From a virus (lineage: Duplodnaviria; Caudoviricetes), in IMG/VR virus record IMGVR_UViG_3300014657_000001, positions 1 to 37,139 of that record: a stretch of 37,139 nucleotides of DNA, one strand, 5' to 3'. The position numbers and the translations under genes were made by a program. The notes beneath the pieces were generated by a model. That model searched no databases. It saw only the letters and a list, made by a program, of their open reading frames with translations, and was not told the origin of the DNA. The first letter of the stretch is position 1. The number at the start of each line of letters is the position of its first letter. Shown here in pieces: positions 6,321 through 14,820 of this stretch.

Positions 6321-8250
6321 GACCAGGATACTTGTCCGGAGGGCCGCTAAAGGCTTTCCCGAGCAATGCGCCGCCCTTTCTTACCGCCGTTCCGACCGGG
6401 AATGGCACCCCACTAGCGTAAGCCTTCGCATTGAGCCCGCTCTCCAGCGTATTTGCTCCGTGCTGCTGTAGAAACTGCCGGATAACCGTAGCCGTACCGC
6501 TGTTATTTACAACCGCACCTTCCGGCGGATTGTTGATGTAATGCGATACGTTCTTGATTGTCTGCAAGTGATCCAGCGTATCAGGATCGAATAACATCTG
6601 ATCCTTACCGCCAACAGATAACGCATTGAGCTTGTTAGCGAACGTCTGCGGAGCCTTGAACTGCGTCTCTCCTTGCGGGCCTTCCAAGACAGTTCCATCC
6701 TTCAGATAGCGCATTCCCACGGCAGGAAGTATCTCTTGCGGATATGGCGCTTCAGCAGAAGCAGGAGCAGCGTCTAGTTTTTGCTTGAGCAGCCCGACTT
6801 GCGTAGGCGTAGCTCCAATAACGTATTTCTTTGTGAACTTCGACGGATCCGGGTTTGCTTCGCTCATAGCATAGTCATAGGCTGGATCTGCCTTCATTTC
6901 ATCGAAATGGCTTTTCCATAGCCCGCGCGCCGTATTAGCCAGATCCCTTACGTTTCCTGCGGCTTGATCTGTCAACGGCATATCCTGCATAGCGTCGCGC
7001 ATGACGCCAGCAGCAGCAGCGGTCGTTCCTCCTGCTTGCTGCTTCATACCTAAATTGCGATAGATAGACAGATACTTGTCCATCCCCATTCCGCCGCGCT
7101 GCGCATCGGCCATCAAAACTTGCAGTTGATCCTGTATCCCAGGTTCGTTTATCAAACCCTGCTCGGTCAGCTTTGCATGTACTTGCTGAGCCATTGCGTT
7201 CGCATCAATAGGTGAAACACCTTGATTTGCGTCAAGCACAGCCTGCGATGCGGCCTTGGCAGCGGCGATCTTCGGTGCGCCGTATGCCTGCAAAGCCTTG
7301 ATGGCTTTCGCTCCATCTTCTTCCGAATCGGATGTTGCAAGATTTGGACGAACGCGATCCTCGGCAGCAATTACTTGATTCGCCAAAGCCGTCTTTTGTG
7401 CCGCACGCTCGGCAGCGGTATCCGTGCGCGTATTCCAATCGTTAGCCCAAGTGCTAGGATCTCTAGTGACCTGACCTTCTCCAACAGGAGTCATCCCAAG
7501 CTTGTCAAAATCCAGATTCCTAGCTACCACGTCAGGATTGATTGGTCCATTCTGCGCCGCCTTGGCTACAGCAGCCTGTAGTGCTGGGCTACCCTCTGCC
7601 TGCACCTGAGCAAGCGCTGACGTTCCGGACGCTCCTACAGAGCCGTATTTGGCTCCAGGGATAGGCTCTGCATTGGCTATCGGTATATTGTTGTCAGAAG
7701 CGGCAAGGTCTTGCAACCCATCAGAAGCTACGACAGATATATTCTGCTTCAACTGACGCGCGGCCATTGCAGCAGGACCAGCTATTTCCGGAGTTGCAAG
7801 TTCCGGCATTACAGGAGGGATCTTTGCCGCGTCCAAAGCACTTCCTAGCGCTTGCAATTGCGACTTTCCTTGGTCCGTCTGCGGGATGTATGTAAGGCGC
7901 TTCGTAATAGCATCGTACATATCTTGGAAATGCGGATCGCGTCCTTGCGCTGTTTCCGTAATTCCAGATATTCCAGCCCCAATAGCAGCAAGCGGCTGAG
8001 CAACCATGCCGCTAACCGCAGATGCTCCTGCCTCCGCAGTACCTAGGGCCTTCTGATACCAAGGCGCATCAGGCTCCGGAGCTTTCGCAGTAGGCTTCGG
8101 CATTCCTGGAATATCGTCTGGATTTGTTGCTGCCACAGACGAGCCACCAGCATTTGCCGCTGCGCGCGCCAGAAATGCATCAGCATCAATCGGCGGTACT
8201 TTCTGAGCCGATGCTGCTGCTTGCTGTAGGTACGCGCCGCCAGGATCCAT
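6289..8250 (-). CDS. DNA ejection/internal virion protein (P22 gp16 position)
   Basis: 653-aa Ala/Gln-rich helical protein, third of three ejection-type genes. Confidence 0.75.
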   Translation of the reverse strand: MDPGGAYLQQAAASAQKVPPIDADAFLARAAANAGGSSVAATNPDDIPGMPKPTAKAPEPDAPWYQKALGTAEAGASAVSGMVAQPLAAIGAGISGITETAQGRDPHFQDMYDAITKRLTYIPQTDQGKSQLQALGSALDAAKIPPVMPELATPEIAGPAAMAARQLKQNISVVASDGLQDLAASDNNIPIANAEPIPGAKYGSVGASGTSALAQVQAEGSPALQAAVAKAAQNGPINPDVVARNLDFDKLGMTPVGEGQVTRDPSTWANDWNTRTDTAAERAAQKTALANQVIAAEDRVRPNLATSDSEEDGAKAIKALQAYGAPKIAAAKAASQAVLDANQGVSPIDANAMAQQVHAKLTEQGLINEPGIQDQLQVLMADAQRGGMGMDKYLSIYRNLGMKQQAGGTTAAAAGVMRDAMQDMPLTDQAAGNVRDLANTARGLWKSHFDEMKADPAYDYAMSEANPDPSKFTKKYVIGATPTQVGLLKQKLDAAPASAEAPYPQEILPAVGMRYLKDGTVLEGPQGETQFKAPQTFANKLNALSVGGKDQMLFDPDTLDHLQTIKNVSHYINNPPEGAVVNNSGTATVIRQFLQQHGANTLESGLNAKAYASGVPFPVGTAVRKGGALLGKAFSGPPDKYPGLNYVPPSASK

Positions 8251-9758
8251 CAGAATCCCGGAATGATGCTCTGGATAACCTTGCGCTTGGCCGCTAGGTC
8301 GTTAATGTCGTCGGCTGTTTTGTAGGCACCATTCGGCCCAACAAGCCGCGCTAATTCGGCAGTATCGTTGTTCTTGATGGCAGACTCGAAGCGCCATACG
8401 TCAGGATTTGCACTGGCAAACTTCGCGTCATAGCCCTGTTTCGCGGCCCAATTATTCGCGCTTCCATATCCAACAGCATTGGATAGACCACGGTTGTAAT
8501 CATTCGCCATCTTCAATGTTGCTTCCGTTTGGCGAACCTTCTCCATCAATGCCTCTTGATTGAAATGACCAACATTTCCGGTCATAGATTGACTAGCCGC
8601 AAGCCCAGCATTTGTCTGCGGGATTCCAGATTGCGCCATTGCCGTTGCAGCCAATCTATCGAGATAAGCACCCGCTTCCTGCGGATTTGTTGCCCCGCCA
8701 AATACTCCGCGCATCTCATTTGTCCATTGCGTTCCAGGCCCGAATGAAAACACCGGAGAAGATCCGATAATGTTTTTCAAGTGCGATACTGCCGAAAGAC
8801 TTTGCTGTATAGCTCCTGTATTCTGCGGGTCCAGCGCTTTGACAGTTTGATCTTGTGCAACCCCTATATTCTTTGCCTGGAAAGATGACGGGTTCGTAGT
8901 CCCGGCGTTCGGCATGGTCAACCGGCTAGGATTTGTCCCGCCAGTAGCGCCGGTGGTACTTGGAATCCTAGGAGGCATTCCAGGAGAGAAAGCCTGTTGA
9001 CCGTATTGGTTTGTAAATGCGTAGGGAGCAACTCCCATAGGAACTGCTTGTCCGACTGCTTCCCCTTGTTTTTTACCGCTCCAATTTGGAAGTTCTACAG
9101 TAGGCTGTACCTGAGTGCCCTGATTGACCATCCCAACACCAGGCTGGCGAGCATTTATAATGTCTCCAATAGCCTTGGTCCGAAGTCCAGCCATCTGCAA
9201 AACGCTATCCACTTTTGGCTGTTCGTCGCCAGCAGCATTAAGGCTAGTCAAAAGCTTGTTTCCAAGCATCTGCACCTTAGATTTATTCGCGCCGGTCGAG
9301 TTGCTATCCATCCACTCCTGAATTCCAGCAGCAGCGACAGAGCGCGGTTGACCAACTCCAGCGGCGGCAACAGATGAAAGGCTATCGCGCGTTTCCTTGT
9401 CCAATCCAGTAAGCGCACTATTTACAGTAACATTCCCAGCGTTCGCTGTATTGATGTTCTGCGCATATTGGCTGTACGTCTGCGGCGCAGCGGCCATCAG
9501 TTTTGGCATTACCTTAGATTGATCGATAATCCCATCAGGCCCAGGTTTGAAATCCGGGTCATTCTGCACAAGCTGGATGACGTTCTGGCGTTCTTGATTC
9601 GCTTGCTGCTGCGCTTGCAGGTCAATGGCCTGCTTTTGCTGCTGGATCTGTCCGGTTTGGTATCCCTGAACATTACGTGAAAGATCAACCATATTCCCCA
9701 GCGTCTGCGTAGCAGGCGTCGGGTTATAGCCAGTAGCGGCAATATTAGAAACAGTCAT
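8250..9758 (-). CDS. DNA ejection protein (P22 gp20 position)
   Basis: Gln/Ala-rich; synteny. Confidence 0.7.
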   Translation of the reverse strand: MTVSNIAATGYNPTPATQTLGNMVDLSRNVQGYQTGQIQQQKQAIDLQAQQQANQERQNVIQLVQNDPDFKPGPDGIIDQSKVMPKLMAAAPQTYSQYAQNINTANAGNVTVNSALTGLDKETRDSLSSVAAAGVGQPRSVAAAGIQEWMDSNSTGANKSKVQMLGNKLLTSLNAAGDEQPKVDSVLQMAGLRTKAIGDIINARQPGVGMVNQGTQVQPTVELPNWSGKKQGEAVGQAVPMGVAPYAFTNQYGQQAFSPGMPPRIPSTTGATGGTNPSRLTMPNAGTTNPSSFQAKNIGVAQDQTVKALDPQNTGAIQQSLSAVSHLKNIIGSSPVFSFGPGTQWTNEMRGVFGGATNPQEAGAYLDRLAATAMAQSGIPQTNAGLAASQSMTGNVGHFNQEALMEKVRQTEATLKMANDYNRGLSNAVGYGSANNWAAKQGYDAKFASANPDVWRFESAIKNNDTAELARLVGPNGAYKTADDINDLAAKRKVIQSIIPGF

Positions 9759-10552
9759 TGCAGAGGCCCTATGAACGATGGCGAATTAGGGTTACCAGCA
9801 GGGTTTGCATATCCTGGGTTATTCGGGTTGTAATATGAAGTAGGGCTGTTCTGCTGCAGCATGTTGCCGTACATATAAGCACTAGCTAAACTATTTACGC
9901 CACCACCCAAAGCATTAGCGACGCCCATTTGCCCGGCAGCATTTGCATTACCAGCGCCTATGATAGAATTTGACATGCCGCCGGCAAAGGCACTCCCACC
10001 CAAAGCACTGTTCGTTCCGGAGGCTTGACCCAATTGGGCTAGGTTTCCCAATCGACTGTAGATGTTGTTCTGGTTGTTGTTGTAATTGTTGTATGCCTGC
10101 TGGTAAGCACTTCCTGCCGTATTTTGCGCAAATGCTTGCTCACCAGCAAAAGCATTTCCGCCACCAGCGCCACCAGCAGCAGCGTTCTGATTGGCGAGCA
10201 TTCCCTCGTTTTGTCCTAGCTGGAATTGATAATTCGGAGCAATGTTGGCCTTTAGGTCTGCGGCTCCGAACTGATGCAAAAGACCAGGCGCACCACCAGG
10301 CCCCCCCGTCTCGCTGGAATTCAAATATCCTTGAAGCGTTCCAAGGTCTTGAGAACCAGCGCCCATATAGGGAGCCATATTTCCCTGTATGGTGTTAAAC
10401 ATACCAAGCTGCTGAGCAGTGGCATTGTTCGCGGCAGACGCTTGCGTATCGGCTGCACTTTGAGAAGCATTTGCGCCGATAACAGATCCAACCACACCTA
10501 GAGCACCAGCCCCAAGTATCGCTGCACCAACGCCCGTAATACCGGCACTCAT
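9755..10552 (-). CDS. DNA ejection protein (P22 gp7-like)
   Basis: Gly/Ala-rich hydrophobic N-terminus; APY..AG, PNYQFQLGQ, RL..LA.LGQ motifs. Confidence 0.85.
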   Translation of the reverse strand: MSAGITGVGAAILGAGALGVVGSVIGANASQSAADTQASAANNATAQQLGMFNTIQGNMAPYMGAGSQDLGTLQGYLNSSETGGPGGAPGLLHQFGAADLKANIAPNYQFQLGQNEGMLANQNAAAGGAGGGNAFAGEQAFAQNTAGSAYQQAYNNYNNNQNNIYSRLGNLAQLGQASGTNSALGGSAFAGGMSNSIIGAGNANAAGQMGVANALGGGVNSLASAYMYGNMLQQNSPTSYYNPNNPGYANPAGNPNSPSFIGPLQ

Positions 10553-11364
10553 TGCGTTACCCTTTCAAGAGGAACTAAACCGGCACCATTAACACTCATG
10601 GAGTTGCGGTAATCAACGGTTATTTCCTCTCCTTTTCTTATTGGACGCAATGCTATAGCCGCAATGCTTTGCTCCTGCGCTTGAACAAACGTCGCATTAG
10701 ATTTTCTGGAATGATTCATCAACCATCCAGCAGGAGTGCGCTTATCCCGTATCCTTATCGGAGAGATAAATTCCCTCTCTGCAAAATCTCTGGTGGCAAA
10801 AGTTCCTACGCCGTGTATGGTAGATTTCCTAAACTCTATCGATGGAACATGAATATCAATTCGATCCGATCGGTTATCTACCAACTTCATCACTACGCCC
10901 TCAGTAAGTCCGTATTCCTCTAGGAACTTTGAGTAGTCGATTCTGTCTAGGTTCGCCTCGTTATTCAATAGTTGAATGTTTTGCGATCCACCCATCAATT
11001 CTTCGCGGGTGGATTCAAGTATTTCCGCCGTTATCTTATCCAGATCGGTTTCATCCCCAACCCAATGATAGGTAGTCCATACCGTCGTCTCGATTGCATA
11101 ACCCACTCGCTTTGCTCCGGGTTTTGAAATGAGCGTGTATGGCGCGCAAATCTCTTGCATCCCATCATCTGTCGAAACCATTATTCGACCCTGCGAAACG
11201 GTGCATAAATGCTCATGCCGATGCACTGCGCCAGTCAAAACAACACCGCCAGGAATGGTCATTTCCCGAGCATACAAACCACCAGCCAAATAATGCCGCA
11301 CAGGGCAATGCGCCTGCGGGAATTGCTGGATTTCATGCTCAAGAGCAATGACTTTTTCTAACAT
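10549..11364 (-). CDS. Cupin-like domain fused to a SET domain (putative methyltransferase)
   Basis: N-terminus HYLAGGLYAREMTIP.G..LTG..H.HEH...G cupin; C-terminus S.IHG.G.FA, MNHS..SN, I.KGEEITVDY SET motifs. Confidence 0.88.
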   Translation of the reverse strand: MLEKVIALEHEIQQFPQAHCPVRHYLAGGLYAREMTIPGGVVLTGAVHRHEHLCTVSQGRIMVSTDDGMQEICAPYTLISKPGAKRVGYAIETTVWTTYHWVGDETDLDKITAEILESTREELMGGSQNIQLLNNEANLDRIDYSKFLEEYGLTEGVVMKLVDNRSDRIDIHVPSIEFRKSTIHGVGTFATRDFAEREFISPIRIRDKRTPAGWLMNHSRKSNATFVQAQEQSIAAIALRPIRKGEEITVDYRNSMSVNGAGLVPLERVTQ

Positions 11365-11750
11365 GGGAAATACGTCACTGTAGGAGCGGTTGTATAGGTA
11401 ATCGTCAAAATGTCTCCGTCACTTACCGGAAAATACCCAATTGTGCTAGGCAGATTATAAGTCCCCTTGCGGGTAATTGTAAGGCTTACGCCAGTCCCGC
11501 CTACTATCAAAATCTGGCTGTCGGTAGGAGCGACAAAAGCGGTCGGAGAATTACCCAAAATAACGGCCGATTCCTGCATCGGTGGACCGGCAAGTATCTG
11601 GAAAAACCGCCATAGAATCGTGCCGACATAGGCTTTGCCAATAATGTCGCCTTTGGCGTTTTTAACGTCTCCGATGGCCTGATTCATCTTCGGGACGCTG
11701 GCGTCATCCCCTAGTTGGTTATTCTGCGCAATGTAGGCACGGGAGGCCAT
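11358..11750 (-). CDS. Tail needle/plug-position virion protein
   Basis: W.RFFQ.L motif and beta-rich C-terminus; follows the gp10-like gene. Confidence 0.6.
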   Translation of the reverse strand: MASRAYIAQNNQLGDDASVPKMNQAIGDVKNAKGDIIGKAYVGTILWRFFQILAGPPMQESAVILGNSPTAFVAPTDSQILIVGGTGVSLTITRKGTYNLPSTIGYFPVSDGDILTITYTTAPTVTYFPC

Positions 11751-12317
11751 CTAGACCGCCATGTCCGGCCAAGTGCGATTGCCTTTAGATATGTTTTCTC
11801 TAGCAGGGATAACCCGTAAGTTATTCTCTACGTGGAGTCCACACACCCTATTGCTACGCAAAGGAACAATATGGTCAACGTGCCATGCGAAGCCGGTGCA
11901 TTTTGTTCTGCGCTGCGCCAAGTCATACGCTTCTTCAATAAAGAATTCATTTGCCCATTTGGGAATTGCCTGTAACTTGCCGGCCTGATATGCGGCACTA
12001 TTGGCATTAGCCTTTGCTGGATTGTTTATCCGGTATTTCTTTGCCAAGGCTCGATATACAGATGGGTTTTTCCAATACTGTTCTTTGAACAAATTTGGAT
12101 TAGCCTCGCGCGCTCTCTTCATATTCTCTCTGCGGTATTTCCTCGCCTTATCAATATTATTGACTCGCCATTTTTCTATAGCCGCATACGCTTGTATTTT
12201 GTTTCGGCTTACCCACTCCAATTTTCTAATGTGCGCGCACCTAACGCAATCTCCCTTAACGCGTTCTCCATTGGTTTCTGGATGCTTAATACAAATCTTT
12301 CCGAATTTCTTTTCCAT
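11751..12317 (-). CDS. HNH homing endonuclease inserted in the tail operon
   Basis: C..H...R...C..C N-terminus; PKWA...WHVDHIVPL....VCGLHVENNLRVI...EN..KGN. Confidence 0.93.
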   Translation of the reverse strand: MEKKFGKICIKHPETNGERVKGDCVRCAHIRKLEWVSRNKIQAYAAIEKWRVNNIDKARKYRRENMKRAREANPNLFKEQYWKNPSVYRALAKKYRINNPAKANANSAAYQAGKLQAIPKWANEFFIEEAYDLAQRRTKCTGFAWHVDHIVPLRSNRVCGLHVENNLRVIPARENISKGNRTWPDMAV

Positions 12318-12318
12318 G

Positions 12319-14010
12319 TTAACTATCCTCTGCAACCGCATCTAGTTCACATGAAATTATCACCCAATTAACAGGATCAGTCACCTCTACTTTGAATATA
12401 CGGTCACGCGCCATTCCGAGTCTGCGCCATATTGCGCGCGCTCTATATTTACCCTGCATTCCTATTGGTTTTCCATGCGGCGTAGACCATGTAGACCCGC
12501 CGTCATTGCTCCATGACATAGTCGCAATAGGATTTACACCCTGTCCGCTTACCAAACCTACGCCCGGTTGGAACTGAAGCTGTAGCGCGTTGTATTCGAC
12601 CCTGCGCAGCCCTTCCGTCAAGTGGGTAGCCTGGCGCATGCGATAGATCGGTTGACCATTGTCGGTGTAAATGCCGTCTTGCAGCGAATAGAGATTGCCG
12701 TTCTGCCAATCTCCTACGATTATCTGATTGGAGAAATTAGCCGCGCAGTTTCCTCTGTCGCGGTGCAGCACGTTATTTGTGTCTCTCCATGCGCGTTCAT
12801 GCCAAAGACCTACGTTGTTATCGTAGACCCATGTTGCATCGGCGCTAGGGAAATTTAGGACGTAGAACTCGTGCCCATCTTTTTGATAGGTATAAGCCCG
12901 AGCGTCAGAGATGATCGGATAATTGCTGATTGCTTCCTCTACAGCATATGTCGATATGCGCTCTGGAATATAACCGGCCATTCTCCATACGTAACCTTGG
13001 CCACGGGAATCTTTGCCTAAGAAAGCAAAAGATTCCCCGAGGCGCGAAACACTATATGCAGCCGCACAACCATGTTGCCCCGACGTTCCGGGAAGCCGCG
13101 CAAAGGGGAATGGGTAAGAGCCCTGATCGACCCACCATTCATAAGTGCGCTCACCCAAAAGACATACTTCCCGATTGACCACCATCAAACAAACTACGTA
13201 ATCGGCGCTTCCATCCTTGAAACTGAAGGAAAGCGGTTGCGATGATGGAGACCCCGCATTTATAACGCCCGGCGACCCGCTATTGCTCGATCCCCATTCG
13301 TTACTGTTCGGATTGGTGTAGACGAAGAAAGTATCTACTTCCTGCACGAAATTGGAGTTTACGAATGCCCCATCCGCACAACTCATCGGAATCGGGCCGA
13401 TCGTCTGCGAAACGCTCACAGAATATGTCCCAACCCCTCCAGCGCCCGTCAGGAAAGCCGTTATGACTGTCCCTGCTGCTGCCCCACTCACTACTTGCTG
13501 CAAGCCTATAACACCAGTTACGGGTCCTGTAACGGTCAACGTTCCGCCACCCGTAGCCGGAACGATCTGCCCTGTAAACATCGCAGGAGTTGCTAGGCTA
13601 GTGAAATATCCAGTAGTGATGCCTGCGGCTGTTCCGAACAGATAGACGTATCTGGCTATGCCATCAACAATCATTGCCCACGTTCCATTATCGGCAATGG
13701 CCACAGGGCCAGTGCTGGAGGATAGTGTCCCTATCTTGTTGATGATGAAACCCGTCGAGACCGTGTAAACACTCGATCCACAGACGGCTAGCATGACCGT
13801 GCTACCAGACAAAACGCCTAATCCACGGACCTCTGCCTGATCCGGGAATTGCAAGAGCAGTTGCTTTCCAGGCGTCGGATACAGCGCCATGCGTGCGCGC
13901 CCGTCATTGCGTTCAACCTGTAGGTTTTCGCAATACCAGTTAATGCAGCGCTCGGCCTGCTGGTAGATTGATCTGGCGGTGTAGCTGCCGCCGCAAAAGT
14001 TAAAGTCCAT
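12319..14010 (-). CDS. Tail hub/packaged-DNA stabilisation protein (P22 gp10-like)
   Basis: RCINWY.E, LYPTPG, YQ.DGH.FYVL.FP.A..TWVYD...WHER, G..G.Y..R..WRRLG.ARDR.F. Confidence 0.92.
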   Translation of the reverse strand: MDFNFCGGSYTARSIYQQAERCINWYCENLQVERNDGRARMALYPTPGKQLLLQFPDQAEVRGLGVLSGSTVMLAVCGSSVYTVSTGFIINKIGTLSSSTGPVAIADNGTWAMIVDGIARYVYLFGTAAGITTGYFTSLATPAMFTGQIVPATGGGTLTVTGPVTGVIGLQQVVSGAAAGTVITAFLTGAGGVGTYSVSVSQTIGPIPMSCADGAFVNSNFVQEVDTFFVYTNPNSNEWGSSNSGSPGVINAGSPSSQPLSFSFKDGSADYVVCLMVVNREVCLLGERTYEWWVDQGSYPFPFARLPGTSGQHGCAAAYSVSRLGESFAFLGKDSRGQGYVWRMAGYIPERISTYAVEEAISNYPIISDARAYTYQKDGHEFYVLNFPSADATWVYDNNVGLWHERAWRDTNNVLHRDRGNCAANFSNQIIVGDWQNGNLYSLQDGIYTDNGQPIYRMRQATHLTEGLRRVEYNALQLQFQPGVGLVSGQGVNPIATMSWSNDGGSTWSTPHGKPIGMQGKYRARAIWRRLGMARDRIFKVEVTDPVNWVIISCELDAVAEDS

Positions 14011-14125
14011 CAGGCCACCGCCACGCAAGCGTGATGCTGGCAGTCAGTGACAGCGGAAGATACGACGCCTGCGCTGGCTGGACGGCAGAGCCGCCGAATA
14101 CCCAACTAAAACCTGGACCGGGCAT
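14000..14125 (-). CDS. Possible 41-aa protein MPGPGFSWVFGGSAVQPAQ...
   Basis: Purine-rich RBS; fills the gap before the gp10-like gene. Confidence 0.35.
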   Translation of the reverse strand: MPGPGFSWVFGGSAVQPAQASYLPLSLTASITLAWRWPDGL

Positions 14126-14139
14126 ATTGATTCCCTACC

Positions 14140-14811
14140 CTATAGCCGGAACTGCTGCATCAGGAAAAAGTTTCCGCCACTGGCCAAGGCGGGATTGTTC
14201 TGCAGACTGACCGCCGCAATGCTGCCGTAGGTAGATAGAGAAGCAACGAAATTTGGAGTAATCAAACCACTGCCAGCCTGGGTCTGCCACTGGAAAAGCG
14301 TGCCAGAACCGAGGCCTGCCACGGGTACATTCGTGCCGCTCTGAGATGCCCACGCAACAGCACCGCCATCCACGAAGCTGACCACAGTATCGTTTGACTG
14401 TACATTCGTGAGCGCTTGTGCATACGTGGCCGATGCGCTGTTATAGTTACCACCCGCCTGATCCACAAAAGAGCCAGTTGGGTTGGAAAAATTCATCCAT
14501 ACATTGGTGCTGGCGACTGCGGAGGCGAATGTCGGCGTAATCGTGTGCGAACCGGGGTTGGCATTGACCAATGCGTAGATGCCAATGGAATGGTTAAATG
14601 AATTTTGAACAGAAGCAGCAAGTGACAGTGGACCCTGAACCGAATCAACCACGCTCGTTGGCAAAATCGTCGGGTTTGCATTGGTACTGTTAATTATGAA
14701 GAACAGAATGGTGTCAAGCGGATTACAACCCGTCACTCCGACGTTATACGTCGCCAGCGCCGAAGTTACGGCAGTGGCAAGCGAGTTGTTAAAGGTTGGT
14801 CCAGAAGCCAT
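14140..14811 (-). CDS. Beta-rich virion-associated protein
   Basis: Ser/Thr/Ala/Asn-rich all-beta composition within the structural operon. Confidence 0.7.
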   Translation of the reverse strand: MASGPTFNNSLATAVTSALATYNVGVTGCNPLDTILFFIINSTNANPTILPTSVVDSVQGPLSLAASVQNSFNHSIGIYALVNANPGSHTITPTFASAVASTNVWMNFSNPTGSFVDQAGGNYNSASATYAQALTNVQSNDTVVSFVDGGAVAWASQSGTNVPVAGLGSGTLFQWQTQAGSGLITPNFVASLSTYGSIAAVSLQNNPALASGGNFFLMQQFRL

Positions 14812-14820
14812 CTTTTTCTC

